Positions 18,569-27,218 of a DNA stretch of 41,517 bases are shown in pieces. The notes beneath the pieces are model-generated. The model had not been told where the DNA came from and ran no database searches. It was given only the letters and a program-made list of their open reading frames with translations. Location of the stretch: assembly GCA_023659775.1 (NCBI GenBank), contig JAGXOS010000001.1, forward strand, positions 1 to 41,517, read 5' to 3'. Position numbers and translations under genes: made by a program. Positions within the stretch are counted from its first letter, which is position 1, and the number at the start of each line of letters is the position of its first letter. The DNA is from Methanomicrobia archaeon LH_S14 (GTDB lineage: Archaea; Halobacteriota; Syntropharchaeia; Alkanophagales; Methanospirareceae).

Positions 18569-18641
18569 TAGCCCGGGACGGATTCGAACCGACGTCACGA
18601 GGTCCAGGGCCTCGGATGATTGACCTCTACACTACCGGGCT
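18569..18641 (-). tRNA. tRNA-Gln (anticodon CTG)
   Basis: Hand-folded cloverleaf. Acceptor AGCCCGG/CCGGGCT, anticodon stem CGAGG/CCTCG with loop CCCTGGA, T-loop TTCGAAT. There is one U-U mismatch in the T stem. Confidence 0.8.
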
Positions 18642-18685
18642 ATTTTCTTATAAGTATTTTTATAGTTTTAAAGATATTGCCGCCA

Positions 18686-19504
18686 TCAGGCGATTTTGGT
18701 CTCCTTTTTCAAACTCCTTGCGAACTCCTCTATCCCGTTAAGCATACTCTTTCTGCCTTCTAATCCCGACCTCAACCCCTCCTCTATTATTCTTATGAAT
18801 GCACTACCCACTATCGCACCGTCTGCGACCTCGCAAACCGCTCTTACGTGCTCTGGTTTCGAAATGCCGAATCCAACCGCCAGAGGTACAGGTCTATCCC
18901 TTGATAATTCCATCTCCTTTATCCTTCTGATATGTGGGCTTACCGAATCAGAAAGTTTCTCCCTCGCTCCCGTTACGCCAAGCAGTGATACAACATAGAT
19001 AAATCCCGATGCTGCGTCCAGAATCTTCGCCATTCTCTCCTCGGTGGTCGTAGGTGCAATAAGAAATATCAAATCGGTTTCATGTACCTCGCATATTCTT
19101 AGCAGCGGTTTTGACTCCTCTACTGGTAAATCCGGCACCACTAATCCCGCTATCCCTGCTGATTCACAATCCCTTACGAATTCCTCCAGCCCTCTTTGTA
19201 ACACCAAATTGTAATAAGTAAGACAAACCTTTTCCGCTCCTTTTATTCCCGCAGCGACTTCAAAATATAAATCCGGATTCATTCCTGCTCTCAAACTGCT
19301 TTCACTCGCTCGCTGTATCGTAACGCCATCTGCGATGGGATCAGAGAAGGGCAAACCAAGCTCTAAAATGTCCACTCCTCCTTTAATTAAACCGTCTGCT
19401 ATCTCCCTGGTATCTTCAGCAGTGGGATAGCCCGCGGTTACGAAGCCTACCAATGCTTTCTCTTTCCTCTCTTTTAGTTCTTTGAACTTCTCTTCTAAGC
19501 GCAT
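18686..19504 (-). CDS. trpA: Tryptophan synthase alpha chain
   Basis: FVTAGYPT, ELGLPFSDPIADG and GFGIS blocks. No trpB is adjacent. Confidence 0.9.
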   Translation of the reverse strand: MRLEEKFKELKERKEKALVGFVTAGYPTAEDTREIADGLIKGGVDILELGLPFSDPIADGVTIQRASESSLRAGMNPDLYFEVAAGIKGAEKVCLTYYNLVLQRGLEEFVRDCESAGIAGLVVPDLPVEESKPLLRICEVHETDLIFLIAPTTTEERMAKILDAASGFIYVVSLLGVTGAREKLSDSVSPHIRRIKEMELSRDRPVPLAVGFGISKPEHVRAVCEVADGAIVGSAFIRIIEEGLRSGLEGRKSMLNGIEEFARSLKKETKIA

Positions 19505-19521
19505 ACTTCACTGTTCAAAAT

Positions 19522-22161
19522 TTACATTTCTACCTTCAAAGTAACTATCTCAAAAGGTCCCACCGTCAACTCTATTCTTTCACCTTCTATTTTCAACTCC
19601 TTTTTCACTTCCTCGTCCTCTTCCTCCAGCAAGTTCACTGCCCTGACCGCTTTTGGCTCCCTGAACAGTGTTATTTCAGCATCCGTCTCTTCTCCATTCG
19701 TTTCGTAAAATCGCAAGATCATTTCATCCCCCTCCTCCTCTTTTTTCAGTGCGGATAAAATGATGTTCTCCGGCACTATATTCAAAAAAGACCGTTCCAG
19801 AGGAATTTTTTTCTCCTCACGCAACTGCATTGCATCCAAATGACAGTTGAACTCAAAAGCATGTTTGTAGGATGAAGCTTCACGCCAATCTCCTTTGTGT
19901 GGATAAAGGGAATATCTAAATTCGTATCTTCTCAACTCCTGCGCATCGGGAACCGGAATTGCAGGACCTGTTTTACCATCGGAGGACAGCATTAAAACGC
20001 TTCTTAGCAGTGTTAAATAGACGTCCCCATCTCTTACCTCGTTCTCGGGTATTCCCTGGTGAATCACGGTTAAGCCCTTCTTTCCATCGGAATAATCAAC
20101 CCATTTCAGCGAGGGGAATACACCACAGGGTTCCTCCACCCACTTCTCTTTTGGCTTATAGTACCACTGGTCTGTCGGTCGAGAAACAGCGCCAAATTGA
20201 GTCCCACAGGTATAAGTCAGGGATTTCATGTCGGTGGAGAACCTGACCCTTAGCCGTGCCCTCGGATGCTTGTCCACCACGGTCGTGATGAAATCTATTC
20301 TCGGAATGTCTCTATAAACTATTATTTTCTTTGAACATTCGAAGAATTTATGCCGCCATATACGTGGCTCCATTTTCTCCGTTAATCGGTATGGCCATCT
20401 AAGGGAAAAATAATTTGTCTCGACGTTGATAACACGCCTCAAAGGACTTTTATTTATATAGAAATTCTCTACCCGGAATGAACCGTACTTCACTCCTTCT
20501 CCCCTTTCTGTTTTCAATGGGATACCCATTGTTTGTCGGTGGTAGTAAAGGTCGCCAGTTTCTTCCTCCAGCACAAGCTCATTTGCCGTGCAAAGCCTCT
20601 CGCGCTCGCCGTAAATCACATCAATCAACCCCGTGCCCGGGTCCACCTCAACCCCAAAAAATCTGTTATCTATGGTGTTCCCCCGTATCATGATAAAATT
20701 CGGGTCATAACGATACCGTTTAGGCTCTCGCTCAAGGATTTTATACACCTTATAGCCCACTGCGGGAACCGTGGGGACAAATCCTATGCGAGCATATCTC
20801 AACGTGTCATCCCCATACCTCGCAAACTTTATAACTTCCACGTCTATCTCCTCTTCTCCACTTTTTAATCCTTTTATCGTTACCACTTTACCTCGGTCAA
20901 AGTGCAAATCCATCTCTATCCAGTTCCTCACTTCCCACGACAGCGAGTTAAATACTATTATATCCCCATATTCATGCATCATCAATAGCAGCATAGGGGT
21001 ATTTTTGGGTTCAACCCCTTCCTCCGATTCCGCTTCTATTATTTGATTATGTACGCGAAGGTAGCGAGCAGCCATTTCAGTATTGAAAAAGTCGCGGAAG
21101 TGCCTCACTTCTTCGTAACCCTCATCCATACCAGTTCCTGGAGCCACATCATGAAATGCTAAGTACAAAATTTTACGCCACGAATTCCTTGTCTCCTCAG
21201 ATGGGTAGGGGTGGTTATTCAGGAGGTAGTTTATCGTACTCCATCTCTCGCAGCACATCAACCAACCCTCGTACTCGCAAAGCTCCTGTTTTAGCCACAT
21301 CCTGCTCGAGCAGCAATTTGGAAATACCTCTGAATACTTCCCTGAATACATCTCTCCTTTCTGCACGTCCATCTTAAGGTTCTGGTCTTCTATTTCATCC
21401 TCAAGTGCTTCGAAGAATTCTCTTGGCGTTGCTATCTTCATCTCCGCTACTTCTCCTTTATTCTCATTCCACGCCTTTACAACCTCTGGTGTTTCCGGCT
21501 GCGGCATCGTAACCCCACTCCCGGAAGGCATTAAGATATGAGAGGTTGCCGCCACTTCCTTGAGTTTCTCATAGCTTTCTTCCAGCTTTGTCAAGTCCAA
21601 GCCTGCACGGTATCCTAAAGGCATCCAGTGAGCTAAAATCCTTGTTCCATCCAAACCCTCCCAGAGGAATTCCGAAGGCTTTCTCTTCGTTGCTCCTCTT
21701 CTGAATGCAATATACCTGTATCCCGATTTTTTGTATATCTGCGGTAGCTGGGCATTCAAACCAAAGCTGTCTGCCTGCCACATTACCGGAACGTCAACCC
21801 CAAACTTTTCCTTCACGTATCTCTTACCAAACAGGATTTCTCTTATCAGTGTTTCCCCATCCGGGAGCATCGTATCTGCCATCAGGTATTCTCCGTCAGC
21901 AATCTCTATCGCACCTTCCTTTATGCTCTTCGCAATCTTTGAGAATACTTCCGGATACCTCTTCTCCATCTCCTCTAACAGAAAGGTTTGCTCTATCAGG
22001 AACTTGTAATCAGTCTTTTCAACAAGCTCAGCCACCTCCTTCAGAATGGGCACCATGTTGATGTAAAAATAGTCCTCCTTCGTGAAGACCCAGATTGCAT
22101 CATAATGCGTGTGTGGAACGAGAAAAATCGTATCTTTCTCTTCTTTCTTTCCGTTTGTCAT
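19522..22161 (-). CDS. Glycoside hydrolase family 38 alpha-mannosidase-like protein
   Basis: 879 aa. N-terminal VPHTHYDAIW metal-binding motif and GH38 length and architecture. Confidence 0.8.
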   Translation of the reverse strand: MTNGKKEEKDTIFLVPHTHYDAIWVFTKEDYFYINMVPILKEVAELVEKTDYKFLIEQTFLLEEMEKRYPEVFSKIAKSIKEGAIEIADGEYLMADTMLPDGETLIREILFGKRYVKEKFGVDVPVMWQADSFGLNAQLPQIYKKSGYRYIAFRRGATKRKPSEFLWEGLDGTRILAHWMPLGYRAGLDLTKLEESYEKLKEVAATSHILMPSGSGVTMPQPETPEVVKAWNENKGEVAEMKIATPREFFEALEDEIEDQNLKMDVQKGEMYSGKYSEVFPNCCSSRMWLKQELCEYEGWLMCCERWSTINYLLNNHPYPSEETRNSWRKILYLAFHDVAPGTGMDEGYEEVRHFRDFFNTEMAARYLRVHNQIIEAESEEGVEPKNTPMLLLMMHEYGDIIVFNSLSWEVRNWIEMDLHFDRGKVVTIKGLKSGEEEIDVEVIKFARYGDDTLRYARIGFVPTVPAVGYKVYKILEREPKRYRYDPNFIMIRGNTIDNRFFGVEVDPGTGLIDVIYGERERLCTANELVLEEETGDLYYHRQTMGIPLKTERGEGVKYGSFRVENFYINKSPLRRVINVETNYFSLRWPYRLTEKMEPRIWRHKFFECSKKIIVYRDIPRIDFITTVVDKHPRARLRVRFSTDMKSLTYTCGTQFGAVSRPTDQWYYKPKEKWVEEPCGVFPSLKWVDYSDGKKGLTVIHQGIPENEVRDGDVYLTLLRSVLMLSSDGKTGPAIPVPDAQELRRYEFRYSLYPHKGDWREASSYKHAFEFNCHLDAMQLREEKKIPLERSFLNIVPENIILSALKKEEEGDEMILRFYETNGEETDAEITLFREPKAVRAVNLLEEEDEEVKKELKIEGERIELTVGPFEIVTLKVEM

Positions 22162-22269
22162 AGTTCTCAGTTAATATTTCTTAATTATTAAATATATCTA
22201 CAATAAAAGAAGAATAAAAATTTAAATGCGTTTGCTATATATAATAAATTATCATCAAACGAAAGGGGT

Positions 22270-23874
22270 GTGAGCGGTATAATGGTTCAACAAGAACAAA
22301 AAGGGATATACAAAATTATCGTAATGGCTACCCTTTTAGGTATTTGCTGCTTTCTCACTTATTATTTTCGTGTGCATGAAGTCTACACAGTTTTTACGCA
22401 CTTCTTTTACATTCCGATTATCTTAGCATCGGTGTGGTGGAGAAGAAAAGGTTTAGCTGTGGCGATATTTTTAGCGTTGTTTCTAATTTTCAGTCACCTT
22501 TTTATTGGAATAGAGGTGGAGACTATTAATGATTTAGCTCGATCTTCTATTTTTGTGGTTATTGCCCTGGTGGCTGCTATGTTAAGTGGGCGGATTACGA
22601 AGATGATTGACAGTCTCAATCTAATTGGCGTTGAAGTAGCAAGGGTAGCAAGGGAAGTGGGAGTAGAAGGTAATCTTGGCACGCAGGGGGAAGTGCCGGG
22701 TGTTGCGGGAGTTTGGAAGGAGCTGGCTGATAATGTGAACATGCTGTCTGCAAACCTGAGAGACCAGGTGAGGGATATTGCTAAGGTAGCAACCGCATTA
22801 GCCAATGGTGACCTCACACAAAAAATCACGGTGGATGCAAAAGGGGAGCTACTGGAGCTAAAGGACACTATCAACAGTATGGTTGATAGCCTCAACGTCC
22901 TTGTTACCCGGGTGAGGGATTCCGCAAATAGGGTTGCCTCAGCCGCACAGAATTACAGAGCTTCGGGTGCTGAGATGAGCACATCCATAACACAGGTAGC
23001 AGCAGCAGTGCAGCAGATAGCAAAGGGTGCACAGGAGCAGGCACAGAAGACAGAGGCGACATTCAGGTCTGTTGAGCAGATTTCAAAGGCTGCTTCCGAG
23101 GTATCCGAGAGAGTGGAAGAGGTGAACAAGGCAACATCTGCTGCGAATGAGAGTTGCCAGAGATGTCGTAAAACAGCGGATGAGGTTGCCGAAAGCATGC
23201 AGAGAATATCAGAGGTGTCAGAGAAAACATCAGCAACCGTTGAGGTATTGACACAGAGGGCTGAGGAAATTACTAAGACACTAAGTGTTATCACGGACAT
23301 CGCATCCCAGACAAACCTGCTTGCATCGAATGCCGCAATAGAGGCTACGAGAGCTGGTGAGGCAGGCAAGGGGTTCGCTGTGATTGCAGGGGAAGTGCGC
23401 AGGCTTGCAGAGAGCAGCAAAAAATCCGCAGGCGAGATTACAGAACTTGTGCGGTCTGTACAGAAGGGAACGGCATCTGCCTCAGAGGCGGCGAAAACAA
23501 TGGCAGAAATTGTAACAGCAGGCATGAAAGCAACAGCTAAAAGCCCACCGGCTTTTGATAACATTGCATTTACAATGAAGCAGACATTAAATGCAGCACA
23601 GGCGATTGCAGAAGCAGCAGCCCAGCAGAAAACAAGTATTGAATCTGTTGTAAAGATGGTGGAGAAGGTATCCACGATTGCCGAGGAAACAGCATCAAGT
23701 TCTGAGGAATCTGCTGCATCTGCCCAGCAACTAACCTCCGCTATGGAACAGCTTACAACTTCAGGTCAGGAGCTGACAGGCATTGCCGCAGAACTCCAGG
23801 ATGTAGTAACAAGGTTCAAACTCGGTGGTGAAGCAGTGGAGATTGAAGCAGCCAAAAAAGTGCCAAATAAATAA
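22270..23874 (+). CDS. Methyl-accepting chemotaxis protein with an N-terminal 4-TM module and HAMP repeats
   Basis: Signalling-domain core [39 protein letters not shown]-type repeats match [28 protein letters not shown] 22282 is an alternative start. Confidence 0.9.
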   Translation: MSGIMVQQEQKGIYKIIVMATLLGICCFLTYYFRVHEVYTVFTHFFYIPIILASVWWRRKGLAVAIFLALFLIFSHLFIGIEVETINDLARSSIFVVIALVAAMLSGRITKMIDSLNLIGVEVARVAREVGVEGNLGTQGEVPGVAGVWKELADNVNMLSANLRDQVRDIAKVATALANGDLTQKITVDAKGELLELKDTINSMVDSLNVLVTRVRDSANRVASAAQNYRASGAEMSTSITQVAAAVQQIAKGAQEQAQKTEATFRSVEQISKAASEVSERVEEVNKATSAANESCQRCRKTADEVAESMQRISEVSEKTSATVEVLTQRAEEITKTLSVITDIASQTNLLASNAAIEATRAGEAGKGFAVIAGEVRRLAESSKKSAGEITELVRSVQKGTASASEAAKTMAEIVTAGMKATAKSPPAFDNIAFTMKQTLNAAQAIAEAAAQQKTSIESVVKMVEKVSTIAEETASSSEESAASAQQLTSAMEQLTTSGQELTGIAAELQDVVTRFKLGGEAVEIEAAKKVPNK

Positions 23875-23883
23875 GGATGATAA

Positions 23884-24354
23884 ATGCCAGAAGAAAGAAC
23901 AGATGGAGAAGCAGAGGAGATGAAACCTTATGTAATCTTCAGACTTGGAGATGAGGAATTCGGTGTGGATGTGATGAACATAAAGGAGATTGCAAAGATA
24001 ACAACAATTACAAGGGTTCCTCGCTCCGCTGATTTTATTGAGGGCGTAATAAATCACCGCGGCAGCCTGGCAACAGTCATAAACCTCAGGAAAAGGTTTG
24101 GTTTTGAGCCTAAGGAGATAGATGCGGATTCAAGGATAATTATAGCAGAGCTTGAGGACAAGCCTGTTGGCATGCTTGTTGATGCTGCAACAGAAGTATT
24201 GAGGATTCCTGTATCTGATATTGATATTGAGGCAACGCCTGAGATGGTTACAACAGAGATTTATAAGGAGTATCTAAAGGGTGTGGGCAAAGTTGAGAAC
24301 CGGCTCATTGTCTTACTCGACCTGAAGCAAGTGTTGGCGGAGGAGGAAGGATGA
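23884..24354 (+). CDS. cheW: Chemotaxis coupling protein CheW
   Basis: 156 aa. FRLGDEEFGVDVMNIKEI and the remainder match the CheW fold pattern. Confidence 0.9.
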   Translation: MPEERTDGEAEEMKPYVIFRLGDEEFGVDVMNIKEIAKITTITRVPRSADFIEGVINHRGSLATVINLRKRFGFEPKEIDADSRIIIAELEDKPVGMLVDAATEVLRIPVSDIDIEATPEMVTTEIYKEYLKGVGKVENRLIVLLDLKQVLAEEEG

Positions 24355-24407
24355 GGAGGATGATGCAGGAGAGGAATGAAAATAAAAAGGAGAGGAACAA
24401 ATAAGAA

Positions 24408-24800
24408 ATGGAAAAGGGAAAGGAAAAGGAAAAGGAAAAGGTAAGAGTATTGTTGGTGGACGATTCTACATACATAAGGACGGTTCTTGGCAGCATAATA
24501 ACCGAGGCTGGATTTGAAGTCGCGGGTGAAGCCGCGGATGGCGAAGAGGCAATTCGGAAGTATATGAGCCTCAAACCCGACCTGGTATTGATGGACGTTA
24601 TAATGGAACCCATGAACGGAATGGAAGCGATGAAGGCGATACTTGATAAAGACCCTGAAGCGAAGATATTGATGGTTACGGTGCTGGAAGATAAAGACAT
24701 ACTTGCGGATTTGATGCGGATAGGAGCAAAAGGGTATATCACGAAACCATTTTCAAAAGATAAAATTGCAGAGAAAATAAAGGAGGTTCTGGGGGAATAA
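24408..24800 (+). CDS. cheY: Chemotaxis response regulator CheY
   Basis: Receiver domain with the LLVDDS, LVLMDVIMP-like and GYITKPF blocks. The N-terminal GKEKEKEK tail is encoded by a hexamer repeat. Confidence 0.9.
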   Translation: MEKGKEKEKEKVRVLLVDDSTYIRTVLGSIITEAGFEVAGEAADGEEAIRKYMSLKPDLVLMDVIMEPMNGMEAMKAILDKDPEAKILMVTVLEDKDILADLMRIGAKGYITKPFSKDKIAEKIKEVLGE

Positions 24801-24806
24801 AGGAGG

Positions 24807-25388
24807 ATGCAGGATACAGGATACAGGATACAGGATAATGGATTCGAAGAAGGAATGCTGGAGCAAATATTGAAGACCGCCGCTTTGAAGTCCCTGATTT
24901 ATTTGCAATTCTTTATTGGCAGACTGGTCAGAGCCGAATCGTTATCCATCCACTGGACAGCTCATCAATTAAGAATAGGAAAGGATTATGTTATCTCCAG
25001 GATAGAGTTAAGAGAGAAAAGTGAGCTGGTTGGAAATATATACCTCATATTTCCATTCGAAACAGCACGCCGACTTACAGAAGACATGTACGGGGAATTG
25101 ATTCCTGAGATTTATAAAAAACATGTTTTAGACATGGTCGAGGAGATGACCAATGTTGTTTCTGTTCCCCTCAGTGAGACCGCCACTTTTTTTTCACGTA
25201 ATACGCCTGTCCTTCCTTCGGTTGCTCATGTAGTCAGCTACGATGAGTTCAAATCTTTACCGTTAGCTGAGGCAGTGGCTTTAGAATTGAAAATGGACGG
25301 CGAAATGAACGGGAATATATACTTTGTGATGGAGGGAGGGACCGTAAAGAAACTAAAGAGAATGCTGAGAAGGAGGGAGAGGGAGTAA
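24807..25388 (+). CDS. CheC/CheX-like CheY-P phosphatase domain protein
   Basis: Position in the che operon and one D-x3-E-x2-N site (DMVEEMTN). The start is uncertain: ATG 24807 or ATG 24855. Confidence 0.55.
   Translation: MQDTGYRIQDNGFEEGMLEQILKTAALKSLIYLQFFIGRLVRAESLSIHWTAHQLRIGKDYVISRIELREKSELVGNIYLIFPFETARRLTEDMYGELIPEIYKKHVLDMVEEMTNVVSVPLSETATFFSRNTPVLPSVAHVVSYDEFKSLPLAEAVALELKMDGEMNGNIYFVMEGGTVKKLKRMLRRRERE
24810..24837. repeat. Perfect heptanucleotide tandem repeat (CAGGATA) x4
   Basis: Read directly from the sequence. It begins 3 nt after ATG 24807 of the cheC-like ORF. Confidence 0.95.
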
Positions 25389-26404
25389 TGATAAACGTGC
25401 TGGTGGTGGATGACTCATCACTGATGAGGAGGATGGTATCTGAAATGCTGAACTCGGCATCAAACATACGAGTTGTTGGCACTGCCAGAGACGGCATGGA
25501 TGCGGTGGAAAAAACAGAAAAACTCAGACCTGATGTTGTAACAATGGACGTAGAGATGCCGAGGATGGATGGATTAACCGCTTTGAGCTGCATAATGGCG
25601 AAAAACCCGGTACCTGTTGTGATGCTCACGGCAATGGGCAAAATAGAAGCTGACCTTGCCGTGAAGTCCTTTGAGTACGGCGCAGTGGACTTTGTATCAA
25701 AACCCAGCAAAACCATCTCGTTAGACATAGAAGAAGTAAAGAGTGAACTGATAAGCAAGGTCAGAGCTGCCTCAACAGTGAATGTGGAAAAAATGGTTTT
25801 CAAGGTTGTGGAAAGAAGATTGATAGAAAAACTGTTAATACCGCCGAAGACAGACAAAAAAGTCCTTATTGTCGGTGCCTCCACAGGAGGACCCCATGCA
25901 CTCTCAGAAATCATTCCGAAACTTCATAGAACCTTTCCTTTAGCTGTTTTGATTGTTCAGCACCTGCCAGTTGGGTTCACAAAAAGCTTTTCAGAACGAC
26001 TGAGCTGGCAGGGCTCTATCGCGTTGAAAGAAGCGGAAGATGGGGATGCCATAAAACCGGGTCAGGCATTCGTTGCTCCATCTGGTTATTATACCGTGGT
26101 AAAAAACGGTAGGATAGGATTAGATAAGCGACCAAAGGGGGATGGCATGAGAAGCATAGACATAGCAATGAAATCAGCAGCGGAAGCATACGAGGATAAG
26201 GTTATTGGCGTGCTGCTCAGCGGAATGGGAAAAGACGGCGCAGAGGGCATGCGGGCAATAAAGGAAAAAGGAGGCTCGACTATTGCGCAGGATGAGCTCA
26301 CAAGTGTTATATTTGGCATGCCGAAGGCAGCAATAGACATGGGTGTTGTGGACAAGGTTGCACCACTGCCTGACATTGTGGATGAAATAATAAGGATGCT
26401 ATAA
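25388..26404 (+). CDS. cheB: Chemotaxis methylesterase/response regulator CheB
   Basis: Receiver domain (VLVVDDS, VVTMDVEMP) plus methylesterase domain (GASTGGP, QHLP, GMGKDGA). Confidence 0.9.
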   Translation: MINVLVVDDSSLMRRMVSEMLNSASNIRVVGTARDGMDAVEKTEKLRPDVVTMDVEMPRMDGLTALSCIMAKNPVPVVMLTAMGKIEADLAVKSFEYGAVDFVSKPSKTISLDIEEVKSELISKVRAASTVNVEKMVFKVVERRLIEKLLIPPKTDKKVLIVGASTGGPHALSEIIPKLHRTFPLAVLIVQHLPVGFTKSFSERLSWQGSIALKEAEDGDAIKPGQAFVAPSGYYTVVKNGRIGLDKRPKGDGMRSIDIAMKSAAEAYEDKVIGVLLSGMGKDGAEGMRAIKEKGGSTIAQDELTSVIFGMPKAAIDMGVVDKVAPLPDIVDEIIRML

Positions 26405-26408
26405 AAGT

Positions 26409-26436
26409 CCTAAACCCTAATTTCTAAACCCTAAAC
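26409..26436. repeat. CTAAACC-type short repeats (CCTAAACCCTAATTTCTAAACCCTAAAC)
   Basis: Reverse complement of the GGTTTAG motif seen at 35170-35230 and 38344-38386. Confidence 0.7.
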
Positions 26437-26657
26437 AATATCAAAATCTCAAATCATAATATCAAAACTTATCTATCTACCCCCAATCTATTTAAAAGTC
26501 AGGAGGAGAAAAATGAAAGGAGTAATTGTACTTGCCTTAAGGGAAATGGTGATAGAGAATTTCTTTAAGAAAAAACAAACCTTTATTTCAACAGGAAAGT
26601 GTGTGACACCAGCCACTGAAGAATTTAAGTACTAATAACTTATATTATAAATTAACG

Positions 26658-26909
26658 GTGACGGAGATGGAGAAGATAAAAATCGAACCAAAGGAATTTT
26701 GGGAAGACAAAAAAAGGGCAGAGAAGAATTATCCTGATTTGCAGGAGAAGTATCCGGACAAATGGGTGGCGATAGTGGACAAAAAGGTTGTCGCTGCTGG
26801 CAAGAGCTTAAAGAACATCGAACTTGAAGCAGAGCATAAGACCGGCGTACCAAGAGATAGAATCCCTGCTATTTTCATAGAGGGCGAGGTGAATATCCTA
26901 TTTGAATAA
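26658..26909 (+). CDS. Small DUF5678-like protein
   Basis: 83 aa. The core YPDKWVAIVDKKVVAAGKSLKNIE matches the W-V-A-I-x-D-x-K-V-V pattern I associate with DUF5678. Family assignment is from memory only. Confidence 0.5.
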   Translation: MTEMEKIKIEPKEFWEDKKRAEKNYPDLQEKYPDKWVAIVDKKVVAAGKSLKNIELEAEHKTGVPRDRIPAIFIEGEVNILFE

Positions 26910-26924
26910 CGGTAATCCAATGAC

Positions 26925-27212
26925 ATGATAAAGCTATCTTTTATAGAATTACGGGATAGGAAGTTGGAAAAATTGGTCCCCGGGTATGGATACCTAACGA
27001 GATTGATTTGCAATACAAAGTTCAAGACGTTCAATGGCTGGACAAAAAGCCATGATGCCATCATCGACACTGGGGCTCACATTTCCATAATATTTGCTTA
27101 TCTTGCTTTAGATGAGGGTATGCCCCTAATCCTTGGTTTTAAAACCTTGTTAGAAGAAGTTAAGATTTGCTTTGACCATAAAGATAACGAGGCATGGCTT
27201 GAAAAACTGTGA
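26925..27212 (+). CDS. Retropepsin-like (clan AA) aspartic protease, short form
   Basis: AIIDTGAHISII contains the D-T-G-A catalytic signature, and PLILGFKTLLE resembles the C-terminal LLG block. At 95 aa it looks shorter than typical members. Confidence 0.5.
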   Translation: MIKLSFIELRDRKLEKLVPGYGYLTRLICNTKFKTFNGWTKSHDAIIDTGAHISIIFAYLALDEGMPLILGFKTLLEEVKICFDHKDNEAWLEKL

Positions 27213-27218
27213 ATAAAG

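Noticed and set aside
22953-23675. 240-aa ORF antisense to the MCP gene
   Set aside because: It is Ala/Ser-rich and mirrors the Ala/Glu-rich coiled-coil coding sequence. The MCP frame has clear signalling-domain motifs and this one has none.
25249-25914. 221-aa ORF antisense to cheC/cheB, with similar long antisense ORFs at 27581-28213 (cheA), 12998-13573 (cca) and 7452-7934 (pelota)
   Set aside because: All are Ser/Leu-rich and lack recognisable motifs. Each lies opposite a gene with strong family signatures.
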